Shown here one piece after another: positions 63,143 to 64,000 of a DNA stretch of 64,000 nucleotides. The first letter of the stretch is position 1, and each line of letters starts with the position of its first letter. Origin of the DNA: Methanomassiliicoccaceae archaeon (GTDB taxonomy: Archaea > Thermoplasmatota > Thermoplasmata > Methanomassiliicoccales > Methanomassiliicoccaceae); NCBI GenBank assembly GCA_040776945.1, contig JAXGZN010000002.1, positions 288,001 to 352,000 of the forward strand, written 5' to 3'. Position numbers and translations under genes: made by a program. The notes beneath the pieces are model-generated. The model was not told the origin of the DNA, searched no databases, and was given only the letters and a program-made list of their open reading frames with translations.

Positions 63143-63700
63143 TTATCCCCTGTAGCCCTTGCCTATGGAGAACGCCTTGCCGACCAGGCCGCCGACCTGG
63201 AAGTACTCGCCTCCGGAGTAGACGATTGGATCGATCTTCCCCGTGTCCGGCGAACCATCGGTCAGGCACTCTTCGTCCACGTGCACGTCGACGACCTCTC
63301 CGACGTGCAGGTTATGGCTCCCGAGCTCGAGGGTATGGCGCAGCTCGCACTCGATGTTCACCGGGAACTCGCAGATCAACGGGGCGCTCTTGAGCTTGCC
63401 GTAATAGGTCTCGAAGACCGCGGACTTGTCGGACCTGCCGCCGGACACCAGGCCGCAATGGTCGAGCCCCACCGCGCTCCTGGTGGATGGAACGTTCACG
63501 CTGAACGCGCGGTTCTCCTTGATGCCCTTCTCAGTATGCCTCGCCTTGTTGATGGCCACCGCGATCATCGGAGGGTCCATGCATGCCACGCTGGTCCACG
63601 CTGCGGTCATGAAGTTCGGCCTGCCGCCCACGTTGGCTCCGACAAGGACCACGGGCATGGGCGTCATGTACGGTCTGGGACCTAGAGATGCCTTGCTCAA
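63143..63700 (-). CDS. Flavin reductase-like (flavoredoxin) protein
   Basis: PMPVVLVGA, NFMTAAW, F.VNVP, CG.VSG...DK, ECEL, GSH.L.VGEV. Confidence 0.9.
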   Translation of the reverse strand: MSKASLGPRPYMTPMPVVLVGANVGGRPNFMTAAWTSVACMDPPMIAVAINKARHTEKGIKENRAFSVNVPSTRSAVGLDHCGLVSGGRSDKSAVFETYYGKLKSAPLICEFPVNIECELRHTLELGSHNLHVGEVVDVHVDEECLTDGSPDTGKIDPIVYSGGEYFQVGGLVGKAFSIGKGYRG

Positions 63701-64000
63701 TCATCCACCTTCTGCCGCCGAAATGACCCCCACGTTTATTTAATGGCCTTGAGGAGGCGAAGGACCGCCGTCACAGGTCCTTGGGACGGTGGCCGTTTCG
63801 GCTCTGAGAATCGGGAAAGCACTTGCGGGACGACATGCTTATTAGGCCGCCGCGGATGGCCGAGGCGTGTACTGGACCGATCCCCTTATCGGAACCAAAT
63901 GGTGCCTATGGGCCATCGTGATCGACGGCGATCCGGTCGAAGGGGTTCCCGAGGCGTGGGGAAACATCACTCTTGAGAAGGGCGGACGGGCGACCGGGCG

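Overview
GC-rich archaeal DNA, most consistent with a Methanomassiliicoccus-like methanogen. This is an inference from the MtaA-family methyltransferase, the FN3 + BspA-LRR surface protein, the many Cph1-like PAS histidine kinases and the TATA-box promoters. 1-23 kb: cell-surface and signalling genes (wecB, GT2, DUF1616-like protein, a secreted Asp/Cys-repeat protein, a 1384-aa deacetylase-like/5xFN3/LRR adhesin, CPBP protease plus a small 2-TM protein, two PAS kinases, otsB, Fic, several small Cys-rich proteins). 23.7-38.5 kb: a glycosylation locus that becomes sharply AT-rich and contains an IS1634 copy with clear TIRs and a 6-bp TSD. 38.5-47.7 kb: a decaying variable region (IS110 and IS5-like elements, pseudogenes). 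47.8-64 kb: SOD, two RNase III-like paralogues that have both lost catalytic aspartates and flank a GH15 gene, mtaA-like gene, two more kinases, cysK, thioesterase, flavoredoxin. No tRNA, rRNA or CRISPR array was seen. Best leads: the duplicated catalytically dead RNase III pair, in-frame amber codons (pyrrolysine read-through versus decay), the CPBP/small-membrane-protein/DUF1616 module, a pair of small Cys/His paralogues, and PAS-module shuffling among the kinases. All family calls come from motif recognition; no searches were run.
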